DNA of 64,000 nt from an uncultured Candidatus Berkelbacteria bacterium (GTDB taxonomy: Bacteria; Patescibacteriota; UBA1384; XYA2-FULL-43-10; CAINNR01): the NCBI GenBank assembly GCA_903851235.1, contig CAINNR010000032.1, positions 25 to 64,024 on the forward strand, in the 5' to 3' direction. Positions 30,695-41,332 of this stretch are shown one piece after another (position 1 is the first letter of the stretch; each line of letters starts with the position of its first letter). The notes beneath the pieces were generated by a model. It was not told where the DNA came from. It was given only the letters and a program-made list of their open reading frames with translations, and did no database searches. The position numbers and the translations under genes were made by a program.

Positions 30695-32641
30695 ATGGGA
30701 AAGATTATCGGGATTGATCTTGGAACGACTAATTCGGCGGTTGCGGTAATGGAAGCCGGTGAAGCAAAAATTATTTCGACCTCAGAGGGTGGCAGAACTT
30801 GTCCGTCAGTTGTCGCCGAAAATAAAAAAGGCGAACGGCTGGTTGGTCAGTTGGCGAAACGTCAAGCGGTAACCAATTCGGAAAACACAATTTTTTCCGT
30901 TAAGCGTTTCATTGGTCGCAAATTTGATGATAAGGAATCACAGGACGATTTGAAAAAAATGCCGTATAAAACGATGAAAGCCGCCGACGGTTCGATTCGA
31001 GTCGTAATGAACGGCAAAGAGTATTCTCCTCAGGAGATTTCCGCCTTTATTTTGCAAAAATTAAAAACCGATGCCGAAACTTATCTTGGCGAAAAGGTTA
31101 CCGAGGCGGTTATTACCGTGCCGGCATATTTTAATGACTCGCAACGTCAGGCGACCACCGATGCCGGTAAAATTGCCGGGCTCGACGTAAAACGAATTAT
31201 TAACGAACCGACTGCCGCTGCGCTAGCTTACGGCCTGGAAAAGAATAAAAGTGAGAAAATCGCCGTTTACGATTTGGGTGGTGGAACTTTTGACATCACA
31301 ATTCTGGAGTTAGGCGACGGAGTTTTTGAGGTTAAATCAACCAATGGTGACACTCATTTGGGTGGTGATGATTTTGATCAGACAATCATGGATTACATCA
31401 TCGACGAATTTAAAAAGGATCAGGGTGTCGATTTGCATAATGATAAAGCGGCGATTCAGCGAGTTAAGGAAGCGGCGGAAAAAGCCAAGATCGAACTTTC
31501 CTCTTCAAACGAAACTGAGATCAACTTACCGTTCGTTACCGCTGACGCAAACGGTCCGAAACATCTGCAACTAAATCTCACACGCTCAAAACTTGAACAG
31601 TTGGTGGGAAATTTAATTGAAAAATCTTTGGTCCCATGCGAAAAGGTACTGTCGGACGCCAAACTTACGATTAAAGACATCGACGAAGTAGTTTTGGTTG
31701 GCGGTCAGACTCGAATGCCGGCGGTTCGTGCCGCTGTCAAAAAGTTTTTTGACAAGGAACCAAATCACTCGGTTAATCCGGACGAAGCGGTGGCTCTTGG
31801 CGCCGCGATTCAGGCCGGCGTGCTTGGTGGTGAAGTCAAGGACCTTCTGTTGTTGGATGTTACGCCGCTGTCGCTTGGAATTGAAACTTTAGGTGGTGTT
31901 AGCACCAAGTTAATCGAGCGAAATACAACAATCCCAACATCGAAATCGCAGGTTTTTTCAACCGCGGCCGATAATCAAACTCAAGTCGATATTCACGTTT
32001 TGCAGGGAGAGCGCGAAATGGCGGCTGATAGTAAAACCCTTGGCCGATTCATCTTAGACGGCATTCCACCGGCAGCGCGCGGTATTCCGCAAATTGAGGT
32101 TACTTTTGATATTGATGCCAACGGAATTGTCAATGTTTCCGCCAAAGACAAGGCGACCGGCAAAGAGCAAAAAATTACCATTACGGCGTCGTCCGGTTTG
32201 TCGAAAGAGGAAATTGAAAAGATGACGAAAGATGCTGAAGCTCACGCCGATGAAGATAAGAAAAAACGCGAGTTGATTGAGGCAAAAAACATGGCTGAAA
32301 GTTTAGTATATACTGCCGAAAAGACGATCAAGGATGCCGGTGACAAAGCCGATTCGAACAAAAAATCGGAAGTTGAAGAAAAAGTTAAAGCTTTGAAAGA
32401 TGTGATGAACGAGGAAAATGCAGAGGTGATCAAAAATGCGACTGAAGCATTATCAGCCTCACTTCAGGAGTTGGGTGCATCGATGTACAAACAGGCCGAA
32501 GCGGAACAACAAACATCCGCAGCCGGCGAAAAATCATCCGAAGAAACTTCAAACCAATCATCGAAGGGAAAGTCGACCGAGGAAACACCAGCAGAAAATA
32601 CAGACGAAAATGAAGCAAATAACTCCAATGGGACCAACTAG
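30695..32641 (+). CDS. dnaK: Chaperone DnaK
   Basis: [34 protein letters not shown]. Confidence 0.99.
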   Translation: MGKIIGIDLGTTNSAVAVMEAGEAKIISTSEGGRTCPSVVAENKKGERLVGQLAKRQAVTNSENTIFSVKRFIGRKFDDKESQDDLKKMPYKTMKAADGSIRVVMNGKEYSPQEISAFILQKLKTDAETYLGEKVTEAVITVPAYFNDSQRQATTDAGKIAGLDVKRIINEPTAAALAYGLEKNKSEKIAVYDLGGGTFDITILELGDGVFEVKSTNGDTHLGGDDFDQTIMDYIIDEFKKDQGVDLHNDKAAIQRVKEAAEKAKIELSSSNETEINLPFVTADANGPKHLQLNLTRSKLEQLVGNLIEKSLVPCEKVLSDAKLTIKDIDEVVLVGGQTRMPAVRAAVKKFFDKEPNHSVNPDEAVALGAAIQAGVLGGEVKDLLLLDVTPLSLGIETLGGVSTKLIERNTTIPTSKSQVFSTAADNQTQVDIHVLQGEREMAADSKTLGRFILDGIPPAARGIPQIEVTFDIDANGIVNVSAKDKATGKEQKITITASSGLSKEEIEKMTKDAEAHADEDKKKRELIEAKNMAESLVYTAEKTIKDAGDKADSNKKSEVEEKVKALKDVMNEENAEVIKNATEALSASLQELGASMYKQAEAEQQTSAAGEKSSEETSNQSSKGKSTEETPAENTDENEANNSNGTN

Positions 32642-32700
32642 ACTGATTGAAATTTGCACCCAATAAAATTAATTGCTAGAATTATCTTATAAGGAGGGAA

Positions 32701-33366
32701 GTGTTGGATTTTTTCCGAAAACCGATTTTTCTGATAATTCTGGCCGCGGCCTTAATCGCCGCCGGTGTTTGGGCGTACATTTCCAACCGTGGAAGTCAAA
32801 CCACTTCCACTACAACCACTACAACCACAACGACTTCAACGACAACCGAGACGATAAGCAATTTAACCAACGCTGATGCCTCAACTTTGGCTGACGGCAT
32901 TGCCGCTCAGTTGGCATTGGCCGACGCCAAAGCGGCAGAAGTTGACAAGAAACTTCAACTAGCGGCGATCGAGGTCGATCTGCCGGCGACGATGGATCAA
33001 AATTCCGGCAGCACATACTATATATACACCTCAACCAGTGATACGCTGAACAATTGGGTAATTGCAATTTCCAATTCCGATAATAAGTTTGTTCGTTCCA
33101 GGACGGTCAAAGCCGATTATATGGGCAGTCTGACATCAATCAATCGAAGCTTTGTAAAAAACAATTTTGTCGCTGCCCTGCAAATTGCGGAAAAAAACGC
33201 TGGCAAAGATTTCCGTCAAGGAAACACAATCACCGGTGTAAAATTAACTCTGAAAAATGCCGATCCGAAAGGCTGGCTTTACTGGTTCGTCGATTATTCG
33301 ACATCAACTAATCAAAAAGAGATCCAAATCGACGCTTCAACCGGTGCAGTTGTTCCAGCCAGTTAA
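32701..33366 (+). CDS. Membrane-anchored exported protein with Thr-rich linker and PepSY-like C-terminus
   Basis: N-terminal TM, poly-Thr, IDASTGAV. Confidence 0.65.
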   Translation: MLDFFRKPIFLIILAAALIAAGVWAYISNRGSQTTSTTTTTTTTTSTTTETISNLTNADASTLADGIAAQLALADAKAAEVDKKLQLAAIEVDLPATMDQNSGSTYYIYTSTSDTLNNWVIAISNSDNKFVRSRTVKADYMGSLTSINRSFVKNNFVAALQIAEKNAGKDFRQGNTITGVKLTLKNADPKGWLYWFVDYSTSTNQKEIQIDASTGAVVPAS

Positions 33367-33412
33367 TTACTCTAGTTAAATATTTTGAGACAACAGCTCA
33401 AAGGCTGTTTTT

Positions 33413-34039
33413 ATGATGGCAAGCGATTATTACAAAATTCTAGGCGTTTCTAAAACCGCCGGCATAGATGAAATTAAAAAAGCTTACAGAAAGCTGGCTT
33501 TGCAGTACCATCCCGATCGTGGCGGTGACGAAGCGACAGCGGAAAAATTTAAAGAAGTGTCCGAAGCCTATCAAGTGCTCTCGGATCCTGAGAAGCGTTC
33601 ACAGTATGATCAATTCGGCCGAACGGATTTTTCCGCCGCTGGAAATCAGGCTGGTTTTGGCGGATTTCAAGGTGGATTTGAAAATATGGATTTCGATTTT
33701 GGCGGTTTTGGCGGATTGGGTGACATCTTCGAAAACTTTTTTGGTCAAGCGTTTTCACAAGTTCAGGCGGAGATTAAAATTACTCCGGCTCAAGCGGTTA
33801 TTGGCGACAAATTGGAGGCCAATATCGGTGGCGAAAAAATAAAATTTGATATTCCGGCTGGTGTTCAAGACGGTCAAGCATTTCGATTTCCCGGCCGTGG
33901 TAGAGCTCATAACAACGGACGTGGCGATCTTATCCTCACTGTTCGGATCGAAATGCCCCGGCACATTTCAAAGGAACAGCGGGAGCTTTGGCAGAAACTT
34001 CGTGAATCGGAAAGCAAAAAACACAGTTGGTGGAATTAA
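33413..34039 (+). CDS. Short DnaJ-family co-chaperone (J-domain, G/F region, single CTD, no Zn finger)
   Basis: [22 protein letters not shown]. Confidence 0.9.
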   Translation: MMASDYYKILGVSKTAGIDEIKKAYRKLALQYHPDRGGDEATAEKFKEVSEAYQVLSDPEKRSQYDQFGRTDFSAAGNQAGFGGFQGGFENMDFDFGGFGGLGDIFENFFGQAFSQVQAEIKITPAQAVIGDKLEANIGGEKIKFDIPAGVQDGQAFRFPGRGRAHNNGRGDLILTVRIEMPRHISKEQRELWQKLRESESKKHSWWN

Positions 34040-34094
34040 AATTATTAATTAAATCAATCAAAAAAGGACGGCTGAAATTGCCGCCCTGTGTGTT

Positions 34095-34595
34095 TTAATA
34101 AAAACGTATCAAGCGTTCAGCCCTGTAGTTCGGACCATGAACTTCGACTCCAATGCTGACAAACTCGTGCGCAGTCTGAGCAATGAAATTGCCATCCTGT
34201 TGCATCCAGAGTCCGACTATCTCGTCAATTGCAATTTGCTGCTGTTCAACCCCGGGATAATATTGGCTATTTGGATTGCCGACAATCCGGTCTTGCCAAC
34301 AGCGGATGGTTTCAGGTTTGTCGGGATACAGATGAACTAGAAAGATTCCCGAATCCAAAATTTCGGCGACTGCTTCTTTCATATCAGCGACTCCGGGGCA
34401 TGGATGAAGCTGATCTAAAAATGGAGATCGGAAATATCCTATACCGCCGCCTTCAAACTCTTCGAGAAAGGTTGTTTTGCATTTATGCTCTCGGCCACAA
34501 AGTTGGCAAACAAACTCTCCAATGTGCTCTTGTTTCATCCAAATATGATTTGCTCCCCGCCACCTCCAACCGCAACAGTCGCAGTGATTCCACAT
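34095..34595 (-). CDS. Hypothetical protein with CxxC motifs
   Basis: AGGAGG SD; HCDCCG, CQLCG; own terminator at ~34060-34086. Confidence 0.6.
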   Translation of the reverse strand: MWNHCDCCGWRWRGANHIWMKQEHIGEFVCQLCGREHKCKTTFLEEFEGGGIGYFRSPFLDQLHPCPGVADMKEAVAEILDSGIFLVHLYPDKPETIRCWQDRIVGNPNSQYYPGVEQQQIAIDEIVGLWMQQDGNFIAQTAHEFVSIGVEVHGPNYRAERLIRFY

Positions 34596-34691
34596 TGTTA
34601 CCCCTCCTGTGTTGTTTTGTGTCGGACAGGGGAATCATATCAAAAAAATATTTTTTTTTAAAATCAAAAAAAGACGGCCAGTGGTCGGCCG

Positions 34692-35411
34692 TCATCGGTT
34701 GATGATTTCTTGGTGAGGAATGCGTGATTCGGCGATCACCGCTCCGGTCATTGTCGTCTGATCGGTATTTTCTGCGATCAGAACTTCTGCACTTTGTTGT
34801 AATTGATCTGCAACCGAAAGGTCTTTGCCGATTCGGTCGTTTGAGCAGTGGAAAGTTTTTGCCCAGTCATCAGCTTGTTGCTGGAGTATGATCAGCTGAT
34901 TTTCCAAATGTTCCATTGTTTTTTGTGACCGTTGAATTTCTGTATCAATTGATGGAATTCTAGACATCAACAGAGAGTTTCTTGACCTGTCACAGACTTT
35001 TCGGTCAAGATTCAAGTTGCCAATTGCTTTTTTCAACTTTCTGATGGATTTTTCTGTCTCTCGGATTTGTTCCATTAGACTTCTGTCCATTGGGTTTTTA
35101 TATCTCTGATTCCACGAATGCAACTTCCACTGGAACAGTCGCCAGCAGATTCGCGGGCTGAAGCGGAGGAGTTGGCGAAACAGCGGAACAAGAACAAAGT
35201 CGTAGAGCACGATCTGAATCATTCCGGGAAGTAATATTAACCACATGAAAGTGATAGGTCCTGGGCCGGGATCAGCCGAAAAGTCTGCAAGTCCATTCTT
35301 GCCCCATGGACTCTCCCCCTCTTTGGTCTCATCATATCGAAAATACCATGCGGCAATTGTTGTAATCAGAGACCAAATACCCAGTACACACATCCACCAA
35401 CTCATCAACAT
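34692..35411 (-). CDS. Membrane-anchored coiled-coil protein, paralog A
   Basis: 2 TM then coiled coil; shares YDFVLxPLFRQLLRFSPRICWR with 35543..36235. Confidence 0.7.
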   Translation of the reverse strand: MLMSWWMCVLGIWSLITTIAAWYFRYDETKEGESPWGKNGLADFSADPGPGPITFMWLILLPGMIQIVLYDFVLVPLFRQLLRFSPRICWRLFQWKLHSWNQRYKNPMDRSLMEQIRETEKSIRKLKKAIGNLNLDRKVCDRSRNSLLMSRIPSIDTEIQRSQKTMEHLENQLIILQQQADDWAKTFHCSNDRIGKDLSVADQLQQSAEVLIAENTDQTTMTGAVIAESRIPHQEIINR

Positions 35412-35542
35412 CACCTCTCTTACTGAGATACTTGAACCACTAAATATTATCACGATTTTATTTTTTTGTCAAGATTTTCATTCACGATAATTAATTACCA
35501 ATAAAAAAAAGACGGCCAGCTTCGGCCGTCATTTGATAGTTG

Positions 35543-36235
35543 CTAGTGTTGTTCACCGCAAACTTTCGCTCTTGCCGCCTTTGTGGCGGTAAGTTTGTCA
35601 TCGATTTCTCGTGCAACTTCATCTGATATTTCCAAGAGTTCGTCAGCATTCAAAACGTCGTTCATGATTAAATCGCTGGGCCGAAAAAGTTCGAGGTGTT
35701 CAAGTTTTGCCGCTTCAATTTTTTGTAATTGAAGCTGTTGATCGGCAATTCTCTGGCGAAGATGTTTAATATCAGCTTCAACTTTTTCTAGCAATGCCTT
35801 GCGGGGAGTCTTCAAGCCTTCCAGAATCGCTCGATCAACCATAAGTGCTTTGATCCTGCTCTCCATTTTTGTGATTAGAGACTGAATTGATCTGGTGCAC
35901 TCATCGAATGAATCGGTTGAAACCTTGTTTTTTGCTCTAACGCGCCGTCCACCACGCCAAAGCTGAAACTTCCGCCAGCAGATTCGTGGGCTGAAGCGGA
36001 GGAGTTGGCGAAACAGCGGAGCAAGAACAAAGTCGTACAGCGCGATCTGGATAATTCCAGGAAAGATTATTAGCCAAAGGAAGCCTAACAACACGTCATA
36101 ATCAGGTGAAAAATCTATAAGGCCGCCATTGCCCCATATATTGCCTTTCTCTCTGACCGAAATATGCCGAAGCCACCATGCGGCAGCTGTCGCAACCAGC
36201 AACCAAATGGCTAATCCTGGCATCCACCAGACCAT
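35543..36235 (-). CDS. Membrane-anchored coiled-coil protein, paralog B
   Basis: As paralog A; homologous promoter and terminator. Confidence 0.7.
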   Translation of the reverse strand: MVWWMPGLAIWLLVATAAAWWLRHISVREKGNIWGNGGLIDFSPDYDVLLGFLWLIIFPGIIQIALYDFVLAPLFRQLLRFSPRICWRKFQLWRGGRRVRAKNKVSTDSFDECTRSIQSLITKMESRIKALMVDRAILEGLKTPRKALLEKVEADIKHLRQRIADQQLQLQKIEAAKLEHLELFRPSDLIMNDVLNADELLEISDEVAREIDDKLTATKAARAKVCGEQH

Positions 36236-36328
36236 TACTACATCACCTCTCTCACTGAGATACTTAAGCCACTAAATATTAGCACGATTTTATTTTCTCG
36301 TCAAGATTTCTTTATCAAATTCTTGAAT

Positions 36329-37237
36329 TTAAATTTTTTCAATCACCCGCATTTTGGCACTACGGGAACGGGGATTCTCTCTAACATCATCATCAGTCGC
36401 TATGAGAGGTTTTTTTGTGAGTACTTTAAACTCCTCCGGATGCGCGTTTTCCAAATTACGAAAAGTGTGTTTGACAATTCTGTCTTCAAGTGAGTGGAAG
36501 GAGATAATTATCAGTCGGCCATTTTTGTTCAACGATTCAACTGCTGCTGGGATAAACTGTTCCAAAACTTGAAGCTCATTATTAACCTCAATCCGCAAAG
36601 CTTGAAAAACTCGCGTCGCAAAGTGAATGCGCGAGCCGAAGCGGTATTTCGGCGGTGTCGCAGCTTTAATAATTTCAACCAGTTTGGCCGTTGTTTTAAT
36701 TGCTGTTTTTTTTCGCTCCTCTATTATCTTTTTGGCGATCTGTCGCGAGTATTTTTCCTCACCGAATTTATAAAAAATATCGGCCAGCTTTTTTTCATCA
36801 TAATAATTTACAATTTCACCGGCAGTTTCTTCGGCATTTTGGTTCATCCGCATATCAAGCGAAGCGTCGGATTGAAAGGAGAATCCTCGCTCGGGATTAT
36901 CAAGTTGATAGCTGGAAACGCCAAGATCAAGCAAAATACCGTCAATTTTGTCAATTTTTTTGCTCGCCAATATTTCCGCTAAATTTGAATAGTTGTCGTG
37001 AACAAAAATTATTTTATCAGCGATTTTTTTCAGATTTTTTTTGGCGGCAATAATCGCTTCCAAATCTTGGTCAATTCCGATTATTTGACATTTGAAATTA
37101 GAAATTTGACATTTTCGAAGCAACGCTTCGCTGTGTCCGCCGCCACCCAAAGTGCCATCGACAAAAATGCCATTATTTTTTAATGGCATATACTCCAAAA
37201 CCTTGTTTAGTAGTACCGGTTGGTGATTAAATTCCAT
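36329..37237 (-). CDS. rsmH: 16S rRNA m4C1402 methyltransferase RsmH
   Basis: HQPVLL, DGTLGGGGHS, DLGVSS, FQALRIEVN, SFHSLEDR, NPRSRSAKMR. Confidence 0.98.
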   Translation of the reverse strand: MEFNHQPVLLNKVLEYMPLKNNGIFVDGTLGGGGHSEALLRKCQISNFKCQIIGIDQDLEAIIAAKKNLKKIADKIIFVHDNYSNLAEILASKKIDKIDGILLDLGVSSYQLDNPERGFSFQSDASLDMRMNQNAEETAGEIVNYYDEKKLADIFYKFGEEKYSRQIAKKIIEERKKTAIKTTAKLVEIIKAATPPKYRFGSRIHFATRVFQALRIEVNNELQVLEQFIPAAVESLNKNGRLIIISFHSLEDRIVKHTFRNLENAHPEEFKVLTKKPLIATDDDVRENPRSRSAKMRVIEKI

Positions 37238-37337
37238 AGTTTTAAATTAGCAGAAAAAGCCGAGATTTGATAGTGGATGGACCGGCAGTGCAGAGACTTG
37301 AATTTATTAACCAAAAATGATAAAGTATTTGTGTTAC

Positions 37338-37413
37338 GGGGTCGTAGTGTAGTGGTTATCACGTCTCCCTGTCACGGAGAAGATCGCCGGTTCGAGTCCG
37401 GTCGACCCCGCCA
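37338..37413 (+). tRNA. tRNA-Asp(GTC); anchor of the cassette array
   Basis: GGGGTCG..TCTCC-CT-GTC-AC-GGAGA..GCCGG-TTCGAGT-CCGGT-CGACCCC-G-CCA. Confidence 0.96.
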
Positions 37414-37471
37414 TTAAAATTAGTCGCTATCAGAGCGTCTTTTTTTGTATCAGGCAGACCGGATGCAGAAC
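37390..37471 (+). repeat. Cassette-boundary repeat R0 (left half is the tRNA-Asp T-arm/acceptor end)
   Basis: GTTCGAGTCCGGTCGACCCCGCCA-ttaaaattagtcgct..agcgtctttt-GGCAGACCGGATGCAGAAC. Confidence 0.8.
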
Positions 37472-37543
37472 TTTTGTATTTCTGAATACTAATCAGGTTT
37501 CATTTTATTGCATTGATCTCTAAGTTTGGATATTATTGAGGTT

Positions 37544-38245
37544 ATGATAGATGGAATAAAACAGAAATTACTAGATATAAGCCAACCTTGCCCAGAGCGA
37601 GACCGCGTTTTTGTTCTGAAATATTTGGGTACCAACAAAGAATATCTGAACATACCGGCGCCAGCCAGAGATAAAATTATTTCAAAGGTTATTGTCGAAA
37701 CTTCCGATCTTCCGCCAGAAAAGATTATCGAAATTCTAGATGAATTATTTAGTTCCGGGATTTATGACTACATAAATTTTGCGGGAAAATTTCTTTCAAA
37801 AAATAAAACCATTCGCAATTTTATCTCCCTTGATCAGCTTGAAAGTTGGATTGCGCAAACAAAGGGTTGGGCCGAGTGTGATAGTATATGTCAGTCTATG
37901 TTTGGCGGGGTTGAAGTATTAGACCGTTGGAAAGAATGGGCGAGAGCTATCAAAGAGTTTTCCAGTAGCGACAATATTCAAATTCGCAGAGCAAGTCTAG
38001 TTCTGCAAACTCGACCAGCCAGAGAAGTTACTGACTTAAATTTCAGACGGTTGGCATTTATAACCATTGAAAAATTGATGGATGAAAGGGATATTTTAAT
38101 TACTAAAGCAATATCCTGGCTCTTACGAGACCTTTCTATCAAAAACAAAACTGAAGTTAGAAAATTTTTGAAAACAAATCAATCAGTTCTTCCAGCGATT
38201 GCATACCGAGAAACAATGAAGAAGATTGAAACGGGGAAAAAGTAG
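37544..38245 (+). CDS. DNA alkylation repair protein (AlkD-like HEAT-repeat family)
   Basis: WAECD, IRRASL, KAISWLLR, AYRE. Confidence 0.8.
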   Translation: MIDGIKQKLLDISQPCPERDRVFVLKYLGTNKEYLNIPAPARDKIISKVIVETSDLPPEKIIEILDELFSSGIYDYINFAGKFLSKNKTIRNFISLDQLESWIAQTKGWAECDSICQSMFGGVEVLDRWKEWARAIKEFSSSDNIQIRRASLVLQTRPAREVTDLNFRRLAFITIEKLMDERDILITKAISWLLRDLSIKNKTEVRKFLKTNQSVLPAIAYRETMKKIETGKK

Positions 38246-38280
38246 CGATAACAAAAAACGGCTAGCAATTGATCAAAAAA

Positions 38281-38366
38281 GTTCTAACATCGTTCGCTAT
38301 TTCCCGCCAGCAAACCGAATGATGTTAGAACTATTCGGTTTAATCGCTCTAGAAGCGATTTTTTTG
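38281..38366 (+). repeat. Boundary repeat R1 (compact hairpin variant)
   Basis: GTTCTAACATCGTTCG..CCGCCA..CGAATGATGTTAGAAC then aatcgct-ctaga-agcgatt. Confidence 0.8.
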
Positions 38367-38486
38367 TTGTGCGCCAGGGCTGAAATAAACTAACTAAACA
38401 TAGAGTTTCAAACAGTCATCGACATATTGACATTTATTAATTAATATGATATTATGCTCATAATGACCACTCAGAAGGAGACTGAC

Positions 38487-38723
38487 ATGACACTGCTTGA
38501 GTTCGTGAAGATGTTGGGGACGATCATGATCCGTGCGATCTTTGACGTTGTCCGGCCTCTCTCGCCGATCATCGGCGCGTTGGCCTTGATTGGGTTCGTC
38601 GTCGAGATCGTCCGGCACCATAGTACATCGTGGGAGCTTGCGCTGTCAGCGTTAGCCCTTGGCGCCATGGCTTACCTGACGCGGCGGCCTGAGCTGCGCG
38701 GGTACACAATGTTCCCGAATTGA
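38487..38723 (+). CDS. Small membrane protein
   Basis: TTGACA..GATATT promoter, AAGGAG SD, GC-rich ORF, 2-3 TM. Confidence 0.65.
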   Translation: MTLLEFVKMLGTIMIRAIFDVVRPLSPIIGALALIGFVVEIVRHHSTSWELALSALALGAMAYLTRRPELRGYTMFPN

Positions 38724-38835
38724 CCGCGCCCCCGCTAGGGCAGGTCACAAACCCATCCCCAATACTCTTCAGTTGCGGGGAAGGACCAGAGCAATCAAAA
38801 CATTGATTTTTCTGGTCCTTTTTTAAATCACAATA

Positions 38836-38922
38836 GTTCTAACGTCATTCGCTATCTCCCGCCATTTAAATTAGTCGCTCTTATAGCGTCTATTTTTTGT
38901 TACGGCAGACCGAATGTAGAAC
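38836..38922 (+). repeat. Boundary repeat R2
   Basis: GTTCTAACGTCATTCGCTATCTCCCGCCA..tagtcgct..agcgtcta..CGGCAGACCGAATGTAGAAC. Confidence 0.85.
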
Positions 38923-39017
38923 TTTTTATTGAGTGTTAACTTTCGAATTAGAATTTTTAACGGTGATGTATCTGAAATCCAGTTGACAAACATATTAAAA
39001 GTTGATTATATAAGCGT

Positions 39018-39710
39018 ATGCAAGAAAAAGTCTCCAAAATAAAAAAATATTACGACAATCCTGATCAATATCTGGCGGAACATAAGGATTTTTTTTCTAT
39101 CCATAATCCCGAAAAAGATGTGGATTTTTTAATAAAAGTATTGGAAATTGAAAAAAGCGATAATATTCTTGACATAACTTGCGGTCAGGGACGACACACG
39201 ACTGAACTAGCAAAAAGAGGTTATACAGTAAGTGGTGTTGATTTTTCTTCTTCTCTTATTGACGAAGCAAAACAAATAGCTATCGATGCTAATATTAAAT
39301 CACAGTATTATATCCAGAATATCGAGTCACTTAAGTTACCATCAAAGTTTGATATGGCATATTGGTTTTTCTCTGATTTTGCCAACATTGACCTTGCATC
39401 GGCAATAAAATCTATTTCTAATCAGCTCAATCCCGGCGCTAGAGTCCTATTCGATTCAGATAGTCTTTTCCGAATTGTAAGTCATTTGCAAAATAATCCG
39501 GACTCTCCATACAAATTTGACCCAAAGTTACTTCAGTTAATAGACAATTCTCTCGGTCTTAGCATCCCTTATCCAACTTTCCTTATGTGGCAAGATTGGT
39601 TGAACAAAAATGAACTTGAGATTATTAATGTTTGGGGAAATTACGATCTCTCATCTTATGATATTAAAAGTCCTCGTCTGATCATTTTAGCTAATAAAAA
39701 AGCTGCTTAA
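39018..39710 (+). CDS. Class I SAM-dependent methyltransferase
   Basis: ILDITCGQGRH, GVDFS, WGNYD..SPRLI. Confidence 0.88.
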   Translation: MQEKVSKIKKYYDNPDQYLAEHKDFFSIHNPEKDVDFLIKVLEIEKSDNILDITCGQGRHTTELAKRGYTVSGVDFSSSLIDEAKQIAIDANIKSQYYIQNIESLKLPSKFDMAYWFFSDFANIDLASAIKSISNQLNPGARVLFDSDSLFRIVSHLQNNPDSPYKFDPKLLQLIDNSLGLSIPYPTFLMWQDWLNKNELEIINVWGNYDLSSYDIKSPRLIILANKKAA

Positions 39711-39744
39711 GTCAGAATCGACCTAAACAGCTTGTAGTTCTCCG

Positions 39745-41175
39745 CTATGCCGAGGTGGCATGGGAATTGATCGTGTCATAGAGATTGTCGACCTTGCACT
39801 TGAAGAGGCCGGGGTCCTCTGTTAGTATCCACATCAGCTCAAGTACAGAGTCATGGATCTCCTCGCACTTGAAATGAGGCGAACGCAGGTCTCTCGTGGT
39901 CTGATAGTTCTCTCCTCGACAGTTGCCGGCACAGATATACCTGATATCGCAAGCCGCGCATTTTGGATTCATACTATCGATGTTCAGACTGCGAAGATCC
40001 GTCAGAATGGGGGATCCCTTCCAGATCTCAGCCAAACTATCGGTTTTCAGATTGCCCAGGCAGAAATCGGGGACCGCAGTATCGGCGCATGGGTACAGTG
40101 TGCCGTCCGGTTTAACGTAAACCGCTCGATTCGTACCGATTCCACAGCCGAAGCTTTTGACGCCTCCTGCGATTCCCATCACTTGGTTTGCGAAGGTCGA
40201 GTACATCATCAACTGCTGAAGTCGCTGATCATCTCGTATTGCTTCGAAAACCTTCCGGTAGAAATCCGCCAAAGGGACAGCAACGAGTTGTTGCTTCGTT
40301 TCGGCGCTGTTGCCTCGGCCTACATTCATCATGTTTAAACAGTTAAGGCCTTGGACTCCAAGAGAATCGACCAACTTGAGTGTTGGTCGGACCTCATCGA
40401 TATTGCCTGCGTGAATAAACATGTTGACGGCAACTGAGATCCCTGCGTCGCACAGTGCCTTGATGTTGTTGACTGTTGTAGTGAATGTTCCCTCTCCACG
40501 GATGTATTCGTGGCTCTCAGCCCGACATCCGTCAAGGGAAATCGACATTTTCAGCCGGGGATATTTCGCCAGTTGTTTGATATCTGCTGGCGCCAACAGA
40601 GTCGCATTGGTGTTCACTTGAGCGAAATAGCCATGGTTGTGAACATATTCAATCAGATCCATGGCATCGGGGCGGGTAAACAGCTCACCGCCGGTTAGGG
40701 CAACGCGCGATATGCCGTTTTCCCAGGGCATACTCGAAAGTTGATCGATAACTGCTTTGATTTCGACAGAAGTCATCTCGCCGGGGATCTTCTCTTTGGC
40801 CATGGCATAACACATTGCGCATTCCATGTTGCAGAGTTGAGTTGTGGCGATAACCAAGACATTTTCGACTTCATTGACTTGGAAATCCGGCTTATTCTCT
40901 TCGACATCAACCTTCTCACCATCTACTACCAGCACTCCAGCGGAGTGCAGCAGATCGATAGTTTCAGCGACGATGTCGCCAGCCTCCTCTGCTGAGAGTC
41001 CCAATTGGGTTCTGATCTTAGTGACAGCCACATCAGAGTTTCCACAAGCCAACGACTCAAGGATGAGGGCAATCTCCGCCGTTGCAGAGAACCAGTAGGG
41101 TGCTGAGGGAAAGATCACGACTGCTGATTCTTCCCTGAAATAGACCGATGGTTTTTCGGTGAATGCCAACTGCAT
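39745..41175 (-). CDS. Radical SAM/SPASM protein with N-terminal RRE (PqqD-like) domain; putative RiPP maturase
   Basis: CNMECAMC, TGGE, SLDG..H..IRG, CGIG..DGTLYPC and CAACDIRYICAGNC..C (SPASM); ~85-aa N-terminal extension ending LLHSAGVL. Confidence 0.9.
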   Translation of the reverse strand: MQLAFTEKPSVYFREESAVVIFPSAPYWFSATAEIALILESLACGNSDVAVTKIRTQLGLSAEEAGDIVAETIDLLHSAGVLVVDGEKVDVEENKPDFQVNEVENVLVIATTQLCNMECAMCYAMAKEKIPGEMTSVEIKAVIDQLSSMPWENGISRVALTGGELFTRPDAMDLIEYVHNHGYFAQVNTNATLLAPADIKQLAKYPRLKMSISLDGCRAESHEYIRGEGTFTTTVNNIKALCDAGISVAVNMFIHAGNIDEVRPTLKLVDSLGVQGLNCLNMMNVGRGNSAETKQQLVAVPLADFYRKVFEAIRDDQRLQQLMMYSTFANQVMGIAGGVKSFGCGIGTNRAVYVKPDGTLYPCADTAVPDFCLGNLKTDSLAEIWKGSPILTDLRSLNIDSMNPKCAACDIRYICAGNCRGENYQTTRDLRSPHFKCEEIHDSVLELMWILTEDPGLFKCKVDNLYDTINSHATSA

Positions 41176-41198
41176 TTCGGTCTCCCTTCAAAAAAGAT

Positions 41199-41226
41199 CA
41201 GTGAGGCGCGCTCGCGCGCCTCACTG
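41199..41226 (-). promoter_or_regulatory. GC stem-loop between precursor and maturase
   Basis: cagtgaggcgcg-ctcg-cgcgcctcactg 12-bp inverted repeat. Confidence 0.65.
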
Positions 41227-41239
41227 TTGTTACGTGGAG

Positions 41240-41332
41240 CTACTGGCCCCGGTAGTACATCGTCCCTTGTGACTCCTTAGTCAAGACGACGATACGACGA
41301 TTGCCACGGTTCAAAATCCGAAACTTCCGCAT
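41240..41332 (-). CDS. Putative RiPP precursor peptide MRKFRILNRGNRRIVVLTKESQGTMYYRGQ (30 aa; not in track)
   Basis: AGGAGG SD upstream, TTGACA..TAATAA promoter at ~41381-41411 on minus strand, directly upstream of the rSAM gene. Confidence 0.75.
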   Translation of the reverse strand: MRKFRILNRGNRRIVVLTKESQGTMYYRGQ

